A stretch of 63,073 nt of DNA, taken from a virus (taxonomy: Duplodnaviria > Caudoviricetes). A model generated the notes under the pieces. It made no database searches, had not been told where the DNA came from, and was given only the letters and a program-made list of their open reading frames with translations. The stretch lies in IMG/VR virus record IMGVR_UViG_3300043449_000393, positions 1 to 63,073 of that record; one strand, written 5' to 3'. Positions 54,631 to 63,073 of the stretch are shown here, piece after piece. Numbering within the stretch: position 1 is the first letter of the stretch; each line of letters begins with the position of its first letter. The translations under genes and the position numbers were made by a program.

Positions 54631-54785
54631 ATACCCAGTTTCCCCAACAAACCTTCAATGATTCTATCGACGAGCTTTGGCGGCAGGTACTTCAGCAGGT
54701 CGATGAACACCCAGAAAAACGCAAGGTAACAACTTATTTTAAGCCACTGGTTGAAACCATTCCTGACCTCTTCCCAGCGGTCCAT
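54627..54785 (-). CDS. Small membrane protein
   Basis: One hydrophobic segment; ATGA-coupled. Confidence 0.55.
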   Translation of the reverse strand: MDRWEEVRNGFNQWLKISCYLAFFWVFIDLLKYLPPKLVDRIIEGLLGKLGI

Positions 54786-54786
54786 G

Positions 54787-55281
54787 TCACCGCACGCACT
54801 TACCTGCAGAGTAGCAGTAGTCCATAAACTCCACCAGCCCCCAGAGCGCAAACACCAGCATGACCGAAATCAGCCCGATGGCGAGGAACAGTTCGTTGAG
54901 CTCAGCCTGACGCTTCTTGGCGTTCCGCACACGGTCTTTCTCGCGGGAAGCCTCGGCTTTGTCCTCGGCGTCCATCTCGATTACACGCTGCATGATGCTG
55001 TCCCACACGTCCATGTTGTTGGAGGCGAAGAACAGATTTTTGAGCTCAGTCTCAAAGTCACGCTGGGACTTCAACGCCAGCTCGATTTCGATGGCTTTGC
55101 CCATGTTGGAGCCACCGGCCTTCTTCGCCTCGCGTGCGGCCTTGGTTGCCGTGTGCTTAGCGTCAAAATACTTGCCGATCAACGGGCCGAGACTGGCCAC
55201 ATCGTCGACGGTCGACGATGCTTTTTTGATCAGTTTGACAGCGGACTGAACCGCCGCAAAGGCCGTGATCGGGTCAATCAT
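54787..55281 (-). CDS. Coiled-coil protein with C-terminal TM
   Basis: GAGGAG SD; MIDPITAFA. Confidence 0.7.
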   Translation of the reverse strand: MIDPITAFAAVQSAVKLIKKASSTVDDVASLGPLIGKYFDAKHTATKAAREAKKAGGSNMGKAIEIELALKSQRDFETELKNLFFASNNMDVWDSIMQRVIEMDAEDKAEASREKDRVRNAKKRQAELNELFLAIGLISVMLVFALWGLVEFMDYCYSAGKCVR

Positions 55282-55315
55282 TATGTGCTCCTCAGCTTGG
55301 ACTTGATGACCGCGA

Positions 55316-55408
55316 TTATCGCAGCACCTCAACTAACACCTTCGCCGTCCAGACGACGATGCCAACAAGAAGGGCCGCAGCAATAAAGCTAACAGCCCAT
55401 TCTTTCAT
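55316..55408 (-). CDS. 30-aa single-TM peptide, absent from the ORF track
   Basis: MKEWAVSFIAAALLVGIVVWTAKVLVEVLR; ATGA overlap; AAGG SD. Confidence 0.55.
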   Translation of the reverse strand: MKEWAVSFIAAALLVGIVVWTAKVLVEVLR

Positions 55409-55653
55409 GACACCTTAACCCCGTGATTTTTTAAGAAGTCTACAAGTATGTAGCCAACCCCGACAATTGCCGCCCATACAAGGCCAGCAAGACTTTTCTC
55501 AATAACTGCATCACGAAAACGGATTTTTCTTGCTTGTGCAGAAATAGCTAGTCGAACCCATTGGAGTTCTTCTTCACTAAGATTATGCTTTGCTGACGAC
55601 TGAATAGCAGACGCAATTTCAGCAATTAACAAAGCTCGGTCTTCTGGCGTCAT
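55405..55653 (-). CDS. Small membrane protein
   Basis: C-terminal TM. Confidence 0.6.
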   Translation of the reverse strand: MTPEDRALLIAEIASAIQSSAKHNLSEEELQWVRLAISAQARKIRFRDAVIEKSLAGLVWAAIVGVGYILVDFLKNHGVKVS

Positions 55654-55711
55654 CTTTTCAACCTTTGATACTTTTATCAAATTGCCGATTTTTGAAAAAC
55701 GATAGGGTCAT

Positions 55712-56020
55712 TCATACGTTTCCCCAAGGCGTACCAGTAGCGGTCACAGGGTTTTTCTGCAACTCAATCTGAGCAGCCAGAGCAGCTTCAGTAGCGTCTT
55801 TGTCCACGCCATCAGACCAGCACCAGCCAAGAACGTCTTGCTCTGTAATCTCATCGTAAGGCGTAAGATCAACATTTTCTTCAGGTTTTGTGAAAGAGCA
55901 AGTCGAATAGATGGAGGCTGTGTAGTCGCCATCAGTGGCTGTGGCAGTCCAGTGGGCAACATTTATGAAATTGTCTGCTGTCAAGCGGTCGCACTGAGTG
56001 ATTGTCCAAATGATATTCAT
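55712..56020 (-). CDS. Tail fibre-associated acidic protein
   Basis: WTITQCDR, PYDEITEQDVLGW, GTPW end; AAGGA SD. Confidence 0.65.
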   Translation of the reverse strand: MNIIWTITQCDRLTADNFINVAHWTATATDGDYTASIYSTCSFTKPEENVDLTPYDEITEQDVLGWCWSDGVDKDATEAALAAQIELQKNPVTATGTPWGNV

Positions 56021-56029
56021 GATGAGTCC

Positions 56030-56218
56030 TTACTTTTGGTTAATGGGTTGAGTGGTAATGATTCGCAGCAGCGTGACAGCAACTGCAATTGCTACGCCCA
56101 CAAACATCTGTTCTGTGGGGCCAAGCGGGAGGAGACCGATGTAACCTTGCACAACAGACAGCACTGCAAGGATGATGGAAAACCAGACGGTTCTTGACTT
56201 GAGCATTTGCATCAGCAT
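56030..56218 (-). CDS. Holin-like two-TM protein
   Basis: LKSRTVWF...LRIITTQP. Confidence 0.65.
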   Translation of the reverse strand: MLMQMLKSRTVWFSIILAVLSVVQGYIGLLPLGPTEQMFVGVAIAVAVTLLRIITTQPINQK

Positions 56219-56230
56219 TGTGATCTTTCT

Positions 56231-56485
56231 TTAAAAGTAAGAGCAATAAAAACCAAGAGCGCCACCAGCCGATGTAACCAGAGCGTCCCAAATGTCAGGT
56301 GTATGGTTTTCCTTGTTTAAAGCGTCATAGAGTTCTTTTACAAACCCTGCAATGACGGATATGACCAAGGCGTAAACCGGGGCAGTAAAAGGTACGGCCA
56401 CAGCGAACAGCACCACCCCCATCAGGCAGTGCATTACTTTGTCTGCGGGGATGCTGCTTAGGCGTGTGAGGGCTTGCTCAATCAT
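56231..56485 (-). CDS. Small multi-TM protein (VanZ-like)
   Basis: DKVMH, KELYD, WDALVT-GG motifs. Confidence 0.6.
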   Translation of the reverse strand: MIEQALTRLSSIPADKVMHCLMGVVLFAVAVPFTAPVYALVISVIAGFVKELYDALNKENHTPDIWDALVTSAGGALGFYCSYF

Positions 56486-56531
56486 GCTGTGTCCAGTTGT
56501 ATGCGATGGTCATGATGAGTCCTTTCGGGGG

Positions 56532-58775
56532 TTAAGGGTGCGATGCTTTGTAGGCATCAAATTCTGCTTTGAGTTCTTGCAATGCTTTCATCAGGGCGTA
56601 TTGCAAATCAGTCTGGTAAATGGACAAGCGCATTTTTGGGTCTTCTTCGGTGCCCCAGTTGCTTTCCACCACCAGTTCAGGCGCAACGGCTTGAACATCT
56701 TGAGCAACAACACCAAGAGTCAGGCCGGCGTCATCTTCCATATTTTGGTCGGTGTAATTGAAGGTCTGCACAGGGATAGCGCAGATGGTTTCAAGGTACG
56801 ATTTAGCTGGTGCAAAGTTTGTTTTTTCCCTGCGATCAGACAGGTTTGTGTTATTGGCTTGGTAGTTACTGATACCGCCATTTTGACCAACAAAGAATTT
56901 GGCTCCTGCCGAGTTTTGGTCATACGCATAATAAAAGTACGCCGAGCCGCCACTGCTTGTTGTGGCCATGGTGGCGTAGTTGCAATACGCAGAGCTAAAC
57001 GCCCCTAAGTTTTTTGAAATCTCTTGGTAGACCGCGTATTGAGTGTTATAAACGCCCGTAACCTTGGCATTGATGCCGGTGCAATTGCCTTGATCTACCT
57101 CGTTAATGTCAATTGAAATACCAGTATTTATACCTTGCCCTCTGCCTTGCTGACCGTCAATTCGGATTGATCCTAAATTGGCAGAACCGCTATAAGCAGC
57201 GTTGTTCATGCTCAAATGCAAAGCGTATTTGTCTGCTGCTGCGCCTAAAACGTAAACTCGATCTGGATTCGTCCCTTGGACAGTAGTATTGATGCCCCAT
57301 CTGCCGCTGGAGTCGATACGGGCGCGTTCTGCGCCAGCCGTGTAGAACGTCTGGTAACCTCCATACGCATTTGGGCCGACATATAGCTGAAGCTCACCGG
57401 AGCTAGCATTTAATTTTAGAAATCCGTACTCAGCACTATCGCCAGACGTTGCTCCGATAACATAGCCACGCCAACTATTAGTCGTTCCGTCGCCAACACG
57501 AACTACAGTACCGCCATTTCCGTAGAAAAAAGCGCGGTTGGTTCCGGCATTTGAAGTTGAACCAACCAGCAAGTTACCGCTGGAGTCGATACGGGCGCGT
57601 TCGGTGTTGTTGGTTGCAAACACCATTGGAGAATTGACAGTGCTCCAGAGATAAGTTCCGTATGCGGCCCCTGTCTGATTTGAGCCAGTGCTGTTATCAA
57701 TACCAAGTGATAAATTACCACCTGTATTGGCCATCTGGTAAATCACATCTTGTGTTCCAGTTGTTGACTGAATTCTTGATAAGGCACGGGCAGCCTGAAC
57801 ATCAAGTCTCCACCCGCTTGTAGGCGATGTAGTCCCCACCCCCAAATTCCCACTCGCATCCAGCGTCATCGCCTGAGTAAAGCTAATAGCGGCGTTTGCC
57901 GAACCAGATGCGGCATTGAACCATTTGAACGTGCCTGAATCTGCTGAAAACTTGTTTGCTGCACCTGCTTGGTAGTAGCGTTCAACTGTTGATGCGTCTA
58001 TGTAGCCGTTTGTGTACTGGTCAAAATTCAAACCAGCAGCAGCAATAACGCCAACAGAGCCGCCAATTTGCAGTGCTTTGCGGTTGCTGAACCAAGCACT
58101 CGGAGTAACCCACAAGCCGAGGTTGCCGGAGGAGTTCAAGGTCATCAGAAGCGTTCCGTCTGAGTAGCCCTTGCCCCCATATCGCCAATTAAAATCGCGC
58201 CCCCCTATGTTGTTGTTGGCGTCAACTTGAAAATTCAAACTGTAATCGGATGCAATAGTAGCGTTGTCGGTGTTGTTCCCGCCCGTGACATTCAACGTTG
58301 AGGTTGTTGCACCTCCCCCCACAACATTTAACCGCTCACCCGGCGAACTCGTCCCAATACCCAGACCTGTGCTGGTCAGGCGCATTTGTTCGGAGCCGTT
58401 GACGTTGTAGATCGTTGCCGACCCATCCAAAGTCAGTGGCGCATAAGCAGAGTTGGCGTTGTTGGTGACGAGAAGCTGAACGCCGCTACCAGCAGTTTGC
58501 GGAAATACGTTGAGACGGTCGCCTGTGCTTCCATAGAAGAATGCGTTGCCAGCAGACCTAAACGTAGGCGTGGTCAGCAATGAACCATCAAACGTCAGCG
58601 CAGACCCAGTGGTCAGTACTTTGGAGCCGTTGAGGTAGGCCACGCCGTTGGCTGTGCCGGAGGAGTATGTGCCACCAAGCTGAAGTTTGTCCGTGTTCAG
58701 GTTGTCAAAGTTAGCATCGACCTCAGCATTGGTCAGGGGTGTTCCCTTGACACTGCGCAAAACGATGGTGCTCAT
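56532..58775 (-). CDS. Tail fibre with C-terminal intramolecular chaperone (peptidase S74-like)
   Basis: PLTNAEVDANF anchor; repeated MxLxSSGNLGIG / ERARIDSSG units; SDRREKTN, GVVAQDV, LMKALQEL. Confidence 0.88.
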   Translation of the reverse strand: MSTIVLRSVKGTPLTNAEVDANFDNLNTDKLQLGGTYSSGTANGVAYLNGSKVLTTGSALTFDGSLLTTPTFRSAGNAFFYGSTGDRLNVFPQTAGSGVQLLVTNNANSAYAPLTLDGSATIYNVNGSEQMRLTSTGLGIGTSSPGERLNVVGGGATTSTLNVTGGNNTDNATIASDYSLNFQVDANNNIGGRDFNWRYGGKGYSDGTLLMTLNSSGNLGLWVTPSAWFSNRKALQIGGSVGVIAAAGLNFDQYTNGYIDASTVERYYQAGAANKFSADSGTFKWFNAASGSANAAISFTQAMTLDASGNLGVGTTSPTSGWRLDVQAARALSRIQSTTGTQDVIYQMANTGGNLSLGIDNSTGSNQTGAAYGTYLWSTVNSPMVFATNNTERARIDSSGNLLVGSTSNAGTNRAFFYGNGGTVVRVGDGTTNSWRGYVIGATSGDSAEYGFLKLNASSGELQLYVGPNAYGGYQTFYTAGAERARIDSSGRWGINTTVQGTNPDRVYVLGAAADKYALHLSMNNAAYSGSANLGSIRIDGQQGRGQGINTGISIDINEVDQGNCTGINAKVTGVYNTQYAVYQEISKNLGAFSSAYCNYATMATTSSGGSAYFYYAYDQNSAGAKFFVGQNGGISNYQANNTNLSDRREKTNFAPAKSYLETICAIPVQTFNYTDQNMEDDAGLTLGVVAQDVQAVAPELVVESNWGTEEDPKMRLSIYQTDLQYALMKALQELKAEFDAYKASHP
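57304..57602. repeat. 26-bp exact direct repeat inside the tail fibre gene
   Basis: CCGCTGGAGTCGATACGGGCGCGTTC at 57304 and 57577 (encodes ERARIDSSG). Confidence 0.85.
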
Positions 58776-58810
58776 ATATTCCTCTCTGGTACTGGACTCA
58801 TGGCGTCAAA

Positions 58811-59248
58811 TTACGAGACTGTAATGGTCCAAGTCACTGACATGCTGTCGTCCGCGCCCTTGTTGACCACAGCAAAAGTAGTTCGGCACAACAGAGTACC
58901 AGCGCTTCCAGCGTTCAAAATACCGGCCTCTGTTACCGCGCCAGTTCCAACTCCAGCCCCAAAAGACGCTACGTACGTCACCACTGCGCCAGCTGAAGCG
59001 CTAGAAGTCAAAGTCACACGGCCCAGTTCAGTTTGCAGCGTAGTGTCGCCGACAGCTGGCGCAGTGGTGCCAGAGCCAACAGACATATGGCTCATAGCCG
59101 TGGGGGTTCCCACCATGCGAGCTGCGATGAACGTCTTACCAGTCGTTACAACCAAGTTGGGGACAATCTTCTCGCTCTTGAGTTTGCCGTCTGGGCCGAA
59201 CAGTTTAATGCTCAACTCGCCTTTGGCTTTGATGGTTTCTTGGATCAT
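58811..59248 (-). CDS. Small virion fibre-base protein
   Basis: NLVVTTG, VGSGTTAP-GDTTL, VTEAGI, WTIT motifs. Confidence 0.65.
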   Translation of the reverse strand: MIQETIKAKGELSIKLFGPDGKLKSEKIVPNLVVTTGKTFIAARMVGTPTAMSHMSVGSGTTAPAVGDTTLQTELGRVTLTSSASAGAVVTYVASFGAGVGTGAVTEAGILNAGSAGTLLCRTTFAVVNKGADDSMSVTWTITVS

Positions 59249-59257
59249 GGCAATCTC

Positions 59258-60181
59258 CTATGCAAACGTGCGGTACTCACCGACGTAATCAGCTTCAAAA
59301 TATGTCAGGTCACAGTATCCTTGCGAGATCACCAAACCTGACTCCGAAAACCCAAATGAATCTACGACCGCTTTGGTGGTGGACCATACTGCTGAATCCG
59401 CTGTACCTGCTGTGTCAGAGAAAAGTTTGGTGGACGCTACAGCCGCAACGTCTGCAGCCGTTAGTGTATCCGCAAGTGCCTTACTAAAGCTAGTAAATGT
59501 GGCAGAACTTGCGCCAAACGCATCCGCAAGGGCTTTTACAGCTCTTAGAGCTACTTTGTCCGCCACTCCCAGTGTGTCAGTAAGCGTCTTGGCAATGTCA
59601 AAAAACCGGGCATCTCCTATAGAGGCTACGTTGCTGATGTACTTTTGAAATGCGTACGTAGACCCATCTCCAATATCCGCCCCATCATTCAAAGCAAACG
59701 CGTCGGCTAGCACTTTGCTGACAGCCCGGGACACGGCGTCTGAAGTCACTACCGTGTGCTGCAGGTTTTTAAAGGCATGCTTTGTCGTAGTTGTGCCCAC
59801 GGCCACTGTGTCGTTCACAGTTCGCAGCGTCGTCTTGACGATGTTGATGACGTCCACCACAGACACCGAGTGGGTCAGACGCTTTGTTACCGCTGCGCGG
59901 GTGACGTCAGTTACCGCCACGACGTCAGTCTTCAGGCTACTCAACGCGAACGTTTTGTTGTCCGCCACAGATACAACGTCCCGAACCTTTTTATACCAGC
60001 CCAGTTCGTCAAGAGCTGCAGAAGCCGCTATAGCCATATAGGACAGCGTAAAACCAGCTACCGAGGCCGAGGCACTAGCCTGAGCTACTACGGACACAGA
60101 AATGGCGGAAACACCAGACGCGGCCTCCACCAAAAAAGTAGAAGCGCCAACCAGACTTACGCTGATGTTAGCGCTCGTCAT
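59258..60181 (-). CDS. Virion fibre/decoration-like protein with short K-x-x-x-D repeats
   Basis: A/V/T/S-rich repeats; YF-DYVG end; homolog at 1..898. Confidence 0.7.
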   Translation of the reverse strand: MTSANISVSLVGASTFLVEAASGVSAISVSVVAQASASASVAGFTLSYMAIAASAALDELGWYKKVRDVVSVADNKTFALSSLKTDVVAVTDVTRAAVTKRLTHSVSVVDVINIVKTTLRTVNDTVAVGTTTTKHAFKNLQHTVVTSDAVSRAVSKVLADAFALNDGADIGDGSTYAFQKYISNVASIGDARFFDIAKTLTDTLGVADKVALRAVKALADAFGASSATFTSFSKALADTLTAADVAAVASTKLFSDTAGTADSAVWSTTKAVVDSFGFSESGLVISQGYCDLTYFEADYVGEYRTFA

Positions 60182-60513
60182 CAGAAGTCCTGACGCAGCT
60201 TGAACTTGAGCAAGTCGTACACAGTCTGAATGGTGCTGTCAGCGAACGTGATCTCGATCTCACCTTCGTAGTCACCGGGGGCCCCATCAAGCGATGTGGG
60301 TTCATCAGACCAATCAAATACCACAGTACCTGCTGCGCCGTTGGTCACAGTGCCAACAATCGTGGCCTGCAGCGTGGTAGCTCCAGCAGCTCGGAACTTC
60401 AGGCGAACTGTAGCCCCGGTGATGTTGATCGCAGCGCCAGTCGTAGAGTCTGTGAGGGTGGTTACGAGGCTTGGGCGGGTGTCGCCCTGAACCAGTCGAA
60501 TCTTTTCGGCCAT
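60181..60513 (-). CDS. Small Ig-like virion protein (copy 2)
   Basis: Homolog of 898..1230. Confidence 0.65.
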   Translation of the reverse strand: MAEKIRLVQGDTRPSLVTTLTDSTTGAAINITGATVRLKFRAAGATTLQATIVGTVTNGAAGTVVFDWSDEPTSLDGAPGDYEGEIEITFADSTIQTVYDLLKFKLRQDF

Positions 60514-60522
60514 GATATTTCC

Positions 60523-61182
60523 TTACGCCTTGGGAGCCACGCCTGTGGTACCACTGAGCTCTGCGGCCAGAGCTGCGGAGAAGGCTCCGTAGTGGGCTTG
60601 CGCCCGAGTTGCGTTACTAGAAAACTCAGCGTCTTTTGTGTACGCACGATACAGAACGTAGTCAACCAACGTGTTGCCATAAATGTCAGGGACACTTATG
60701 TTTCCAGAAACAGCAGAGTACAACGCGCCGTCAGCTGGTTCCGCGATATCCGTCGGGTAAGCGGAGTAGACCAAATCAACTGACGCGCCTGACGAAGCAG
60801 CTGGGGGGTAAACGTAGAATACTTTGGGGTCGCGCACATCGTATACGTAGTGCAAGATTTCGGTCACGCCTGTCTGGTTGTACCAGCTGGGAATCTGCGA
60901 GTCCAAAATAGTTCTGGTCGTCATGCGAACCGCTCGCTTGTTTCCGCCCGTATTTTTGATGACATCAATCAACTTGGAAGCTGCGGAAGGCAGCGCTTGC
61001 TTTGCGCCAGCCGTAAGCGCAACAGTTGCATTGGCAACCAGTGCGTCAGGACGCAAAAGTGCAATCTCGCGTTGACCGTCATTGAGGTAGCGAACCAGCT
61101 CATTTGCAGGCCAACGTATCGACGTAGTATCCTGAAGAGTGATTACAGCACGCTGGATTAGTGATTGCGCGGTTAAGGCCAT
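60523..61182 (-). CDS. Head-tail adaptor (copy 2)
   Basis: Homolog of 1239..1898. Confidence 0.65.
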   Translation of the reverse strand: MALTAQSLIQRAVITLQDTTSIRWPANELVRYLNDGQREIALLRPDALVANATVALTAGAKQALPSAASKLIDVIKNTGGNKRAVRMTTRTILDSQIPSWYNQTGVTEILHYVYDVRDPKVFYVYPPAASSGASVDLVYSAYPTDIAEPADGALYSAVSGNISVPDIYGNTLVDYVLYRAYTKDAEFSSNATRAQAHYGAFSAALAAELSGTTGVAPKA

Positions 61183-61190
61183 GATTTACC

Positions 61191-61823
61191 TCAAGCAAAA
61201 GGACGGGTGCGAACGCGCATGGAGCCACGGATCAAGCCGTAGTTGCCTTCGATGCGGGAGCTGATTGTTTGTTTCGCGGCGGAGTCCAACAGGTACTGCG
61301 CCTGCGCGAAGTTTGTAAAAGGCTGGTCTGGAATCTGCATTGCTCGGGCGATCGCGCCGGACACAATGGGGTCGATCCAGATGTTGTACAGGTCGTCGTC
61401 CAGCTGCGTAGCATTGCGAGTCGGACGCAACGTAACAGCAACGATTACGTCGTATCTGTCATCAGGAGGGGGTGACAACATCAGTGTGAATGTGTTGTCT
61501 GTGCGGTCAGAATAGAACCCGCGAGGCTTGGCTTGTCCAGTAGGCATGTCGTTGCGGATGGCCTCGAACAAGCCCGGTGTGAGCTCTTTGCCATCGACAG
61601 TCACACCCATGATGCGGTTGATGTCGTGGTATTTTGTTGGGGGGTCCAGATCGTACTGGACAATGCCTGCGGTCGTCTTGAACGGATCAAGATTCTGGCG
61701 CAGCGTCATCGAGCTTTCGGCAAACTCGATGGCGGCATTGACCAAAACCTGATCCACCATGGGCTCTGAGCAGCCGGGGAGAAACGGCAGGATTCTCGGG
61801 TAAAAAGCGCTCAGAGGTTTCAT
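61191..61823 (-). CDS. Head-tail adaptor-like protein (copy 2)
   Basis: Homolog of 1907..2539, about 15 substitutions in 210 aa by eye. Confidence 0.65.
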   Translation of the reverse strand: MKPLSAFYPRILPFLPGCSEPMVDQVLVNAAIEFAESSMTLRQNLDPFKTTAGIVQYDLDPPTKYHDINRIMGVTVDGKELTPGLFEAIRNDMPTGQAKPRGFYSDRTDNTFTLMLSPPPDDRYDVIVAVTLRPTRNATQLDDDLYNIWIDPIVSGAIARAMQIPDQPFTNFAQAQYLLDSAAKQTISSRIEGNYGLIRGSMRVRTRPFA

Positions 61824-61834
61824 GGTGGGCTACC

Positions 61835-62110
61835 TTATTCAGCAGCGGGTTGATCGGCCACAGCTTCTGGCTCAACAGTTGGTTCAGCGAATTCTACCGC
61901 AGGTGCTGCCTTTTTGCGAGTTTTTGGCGCAGCAGCTTCGTCTGCGGCTAAGTTGGAGTGCAGGTTAGCCAACTCTTGACCGCGATCGGTGTACACCCAG
62001 TCTTGGCCTTCCATGCGAGCCAAGATGACAATCTCGCCGTCGATGATGGCGCGAATCTTGTTGTTGAGGGTTTCGCCACCAAGGCGAGCCATGAGGTCGA
62101 GTGCGTTCAT
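61835..62110 (-). CDS. Hypothetical protein following capsid (copy 2)
   Basis: Homolog of 2551..2826. Confidence 0.75.
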   Translation of the reverse strand: MNALDLMARLGGETLNNKIRAIIDGEIVILARMEGQDWVYTDRGQELANLHSNLAADEAAAPKTRKKAAPAVEFAEPTVEPEAVADQPAAE

Positions 62111-62128
62111 GTGTGTTCTCCAAAAATG

Positions 62129-62152
62129 AAAAAGGGCCCCGAAGGGCCCTTT
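62129..62152 (-). terminator. Terminator after capsid (copy 2)
   Basis: GGGCCC-TTCG-GGGCCC followed by TTTTT on the minus strand. Confidence 0.8.
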
Positions 62153-62165
62153 ACTGTATCACCGA

Positions 62166-63073
62166 TCAGGTGGCAGAGCCAACTGTTGCGGTAACCAAGG
62201 CTTCAGGCTTCACAACCTTACGGCCATACACAGCCAGACCACGGACGATGTCGCCGAAGTCAGTCTGGTTACGCAGAGGCTCAGTCTTGTTGATGGTCAT
62301 GGCGAAAGACGTAGCAGCCTTTGTACCAGCAACCATCAAACGACGGGCCTTAGCGCCGGACACTGCGCCACCGCTGGAGGTAGCGGACAGACCAGCCACC
62401 AGAGCTTTACCAGCTTCGCCGCGTGGCAGCAAGTTGCTGACGTACACGCTGAAGCGGTCCAACATACCGATCTTGCCGGTACGGATGGTGCTGGCTTGGT
62501 CACCAGTGAAGTACGCCTGAGCGATGCTCGATTGCATCAACAACTGGCGGTCGTAGGGGCTGATGATCAGGAAGCGGCCATCTTCAGGCACGTTCTGCTC
62601 GTCCAACACGGTCGACATACGCAGGATCGCCTTCAACACGTTTTCAGGCGTGGCTTGGTCAATAGGGGTAGTGTCGGTGCCGAGGTTGTAAGCGGCAGAA
62701 ATCTTGCCAGCGGTAGCGCCTTCGTTGGCAGCAGCAGGGCCTTCGGTCACGAAGCTGTTAAAGAACACTTCGTTTTCGATGGCGATCTTCAGTTGCTTGG
62801 CCGCGTCTTCGGTGAACATGTTCATCAAAGCGATGTCAGACTGATAGGCCAGCACATCGTTGACTTGCACGCCGAAGTACTTGCCCTTGTTCACTTGCAT
62901 ATCTTGGAAGATAGGAGTGGGGACTTCGTACGACAGAGATTGGCCGACGGTGTAGTCGCTGATGCTGATCGAAGGAGCCAAGCGGATGCGAACGGTGTCG
63001 CCTTGGTTCTTCAACTCGCCTTCGTAGTCAGTGTTAGTGACTTCGGACAGCATGGTGTTCTGGTAGAACTTGG
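62166..63073 (-). CDS. Major capsid protein (copy 2, 5' end cut by the window edge)
   Basis: Nearly identical protein to 2883..3890. Confidence 0.92.
   Translation of the reverse strand, partial: KFYQNTMLSEVTNTDYEGELKNQGDTVRIRLAPSISISDYTVGQSLSYEVPTPIFQDMQVNKGKYFGVQVNDVLAYQSDIALMNMFTEDAAKQLKIAIENEVFFNSFVTEGPAAANEGATAGKISAAYNLGTDTTPIDQATPENVLKAILRMSTVLDEQNVPEDGRFLIISPYDRQLLMQSSIAQAYFTGDQASTIRTGKIGMLDRFSVYVSNLLPRGEAGKALVAGLSATSSGGAVSGAKARRLMVAGTKAATSFAMTINKTEPLRNQTDFGDIVRGLAVYGRKVVKPEALVTATVGSAT
62947..63073. repeat. 127-nt exact repeat of 3664-3790
   Basis: Base-by-base identity; first mismatch at 62946/3663. Confidence 0.9.

Noticed and set aside
56532-58775. Diversity-generating retroelement acting on the tail fibre
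   Set aside because: No reverse transcriptase and no template/variable repeat pair with adenine-specific differences seen.
59258-63073. True direct terminal repeat or two capsid genes in one genome
   Set aside because: The copies are diverged and identity is exact only for the last 127 nt; an assembly-graph junction is more parsimonious.
1-63073. tRNA genes, integrase, att sites, alternative genetic code
   Set aside because: None recognised by eye; standard-code ORFs tile the genome without in-frame stops. A tRNAscan or HMM run could still find something missed.

Overview
The window is essentially one complete tailed dsDNA phage genome (Caudoviricetes) with podovirus-type architecture: ejection proteins, no tape measure. 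It is probably a circularly permuted 59,283-bp genome (3664-62946). Positions 1-3663 are a diverged second copy of the capsid/head-completion module. The last 127 nt of the window exactly equal 3664-3790, which points to a strain-variant branch in the assembly graph. Minus strand: RHH regulator, terminase, portal, scaffold, major capsid, head-tail adaptors, tail fibres, lysis cassette (GH19 endolysin, Rz with nested Rz1), tail nozzle, GNAT, ejection proteins including a 2219-aa polyvalent protein, and small basic proteins. Plus strand: many small early genes, a MoxR-type AAA+ ATPase with a metallopeptidase-vWA partner, HNH endonucleases, family A DNA polymerase, nucleases, SNF2 helicase, SSB-like protein and primase-helicase. 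Most notable observations: (1) four small genes, each with its own Shine-Dalgarno, nested in the same +1 frame inside the giant ejection gene; (2) a sigma-region-4-like HTH and a UvrD/PcrA-type Tudor domain in that same protein; (3) a ~70-nt promoter-to-terminator sRNA complementary to the phage's own ribosome-binding sites; (4) a ~440-nt highly structured non-coding leader; (5) an uncalled RHH protein together with a repeated ACATACACAC motif. All family assignments come from motif recognition by eye; no database searches were run.
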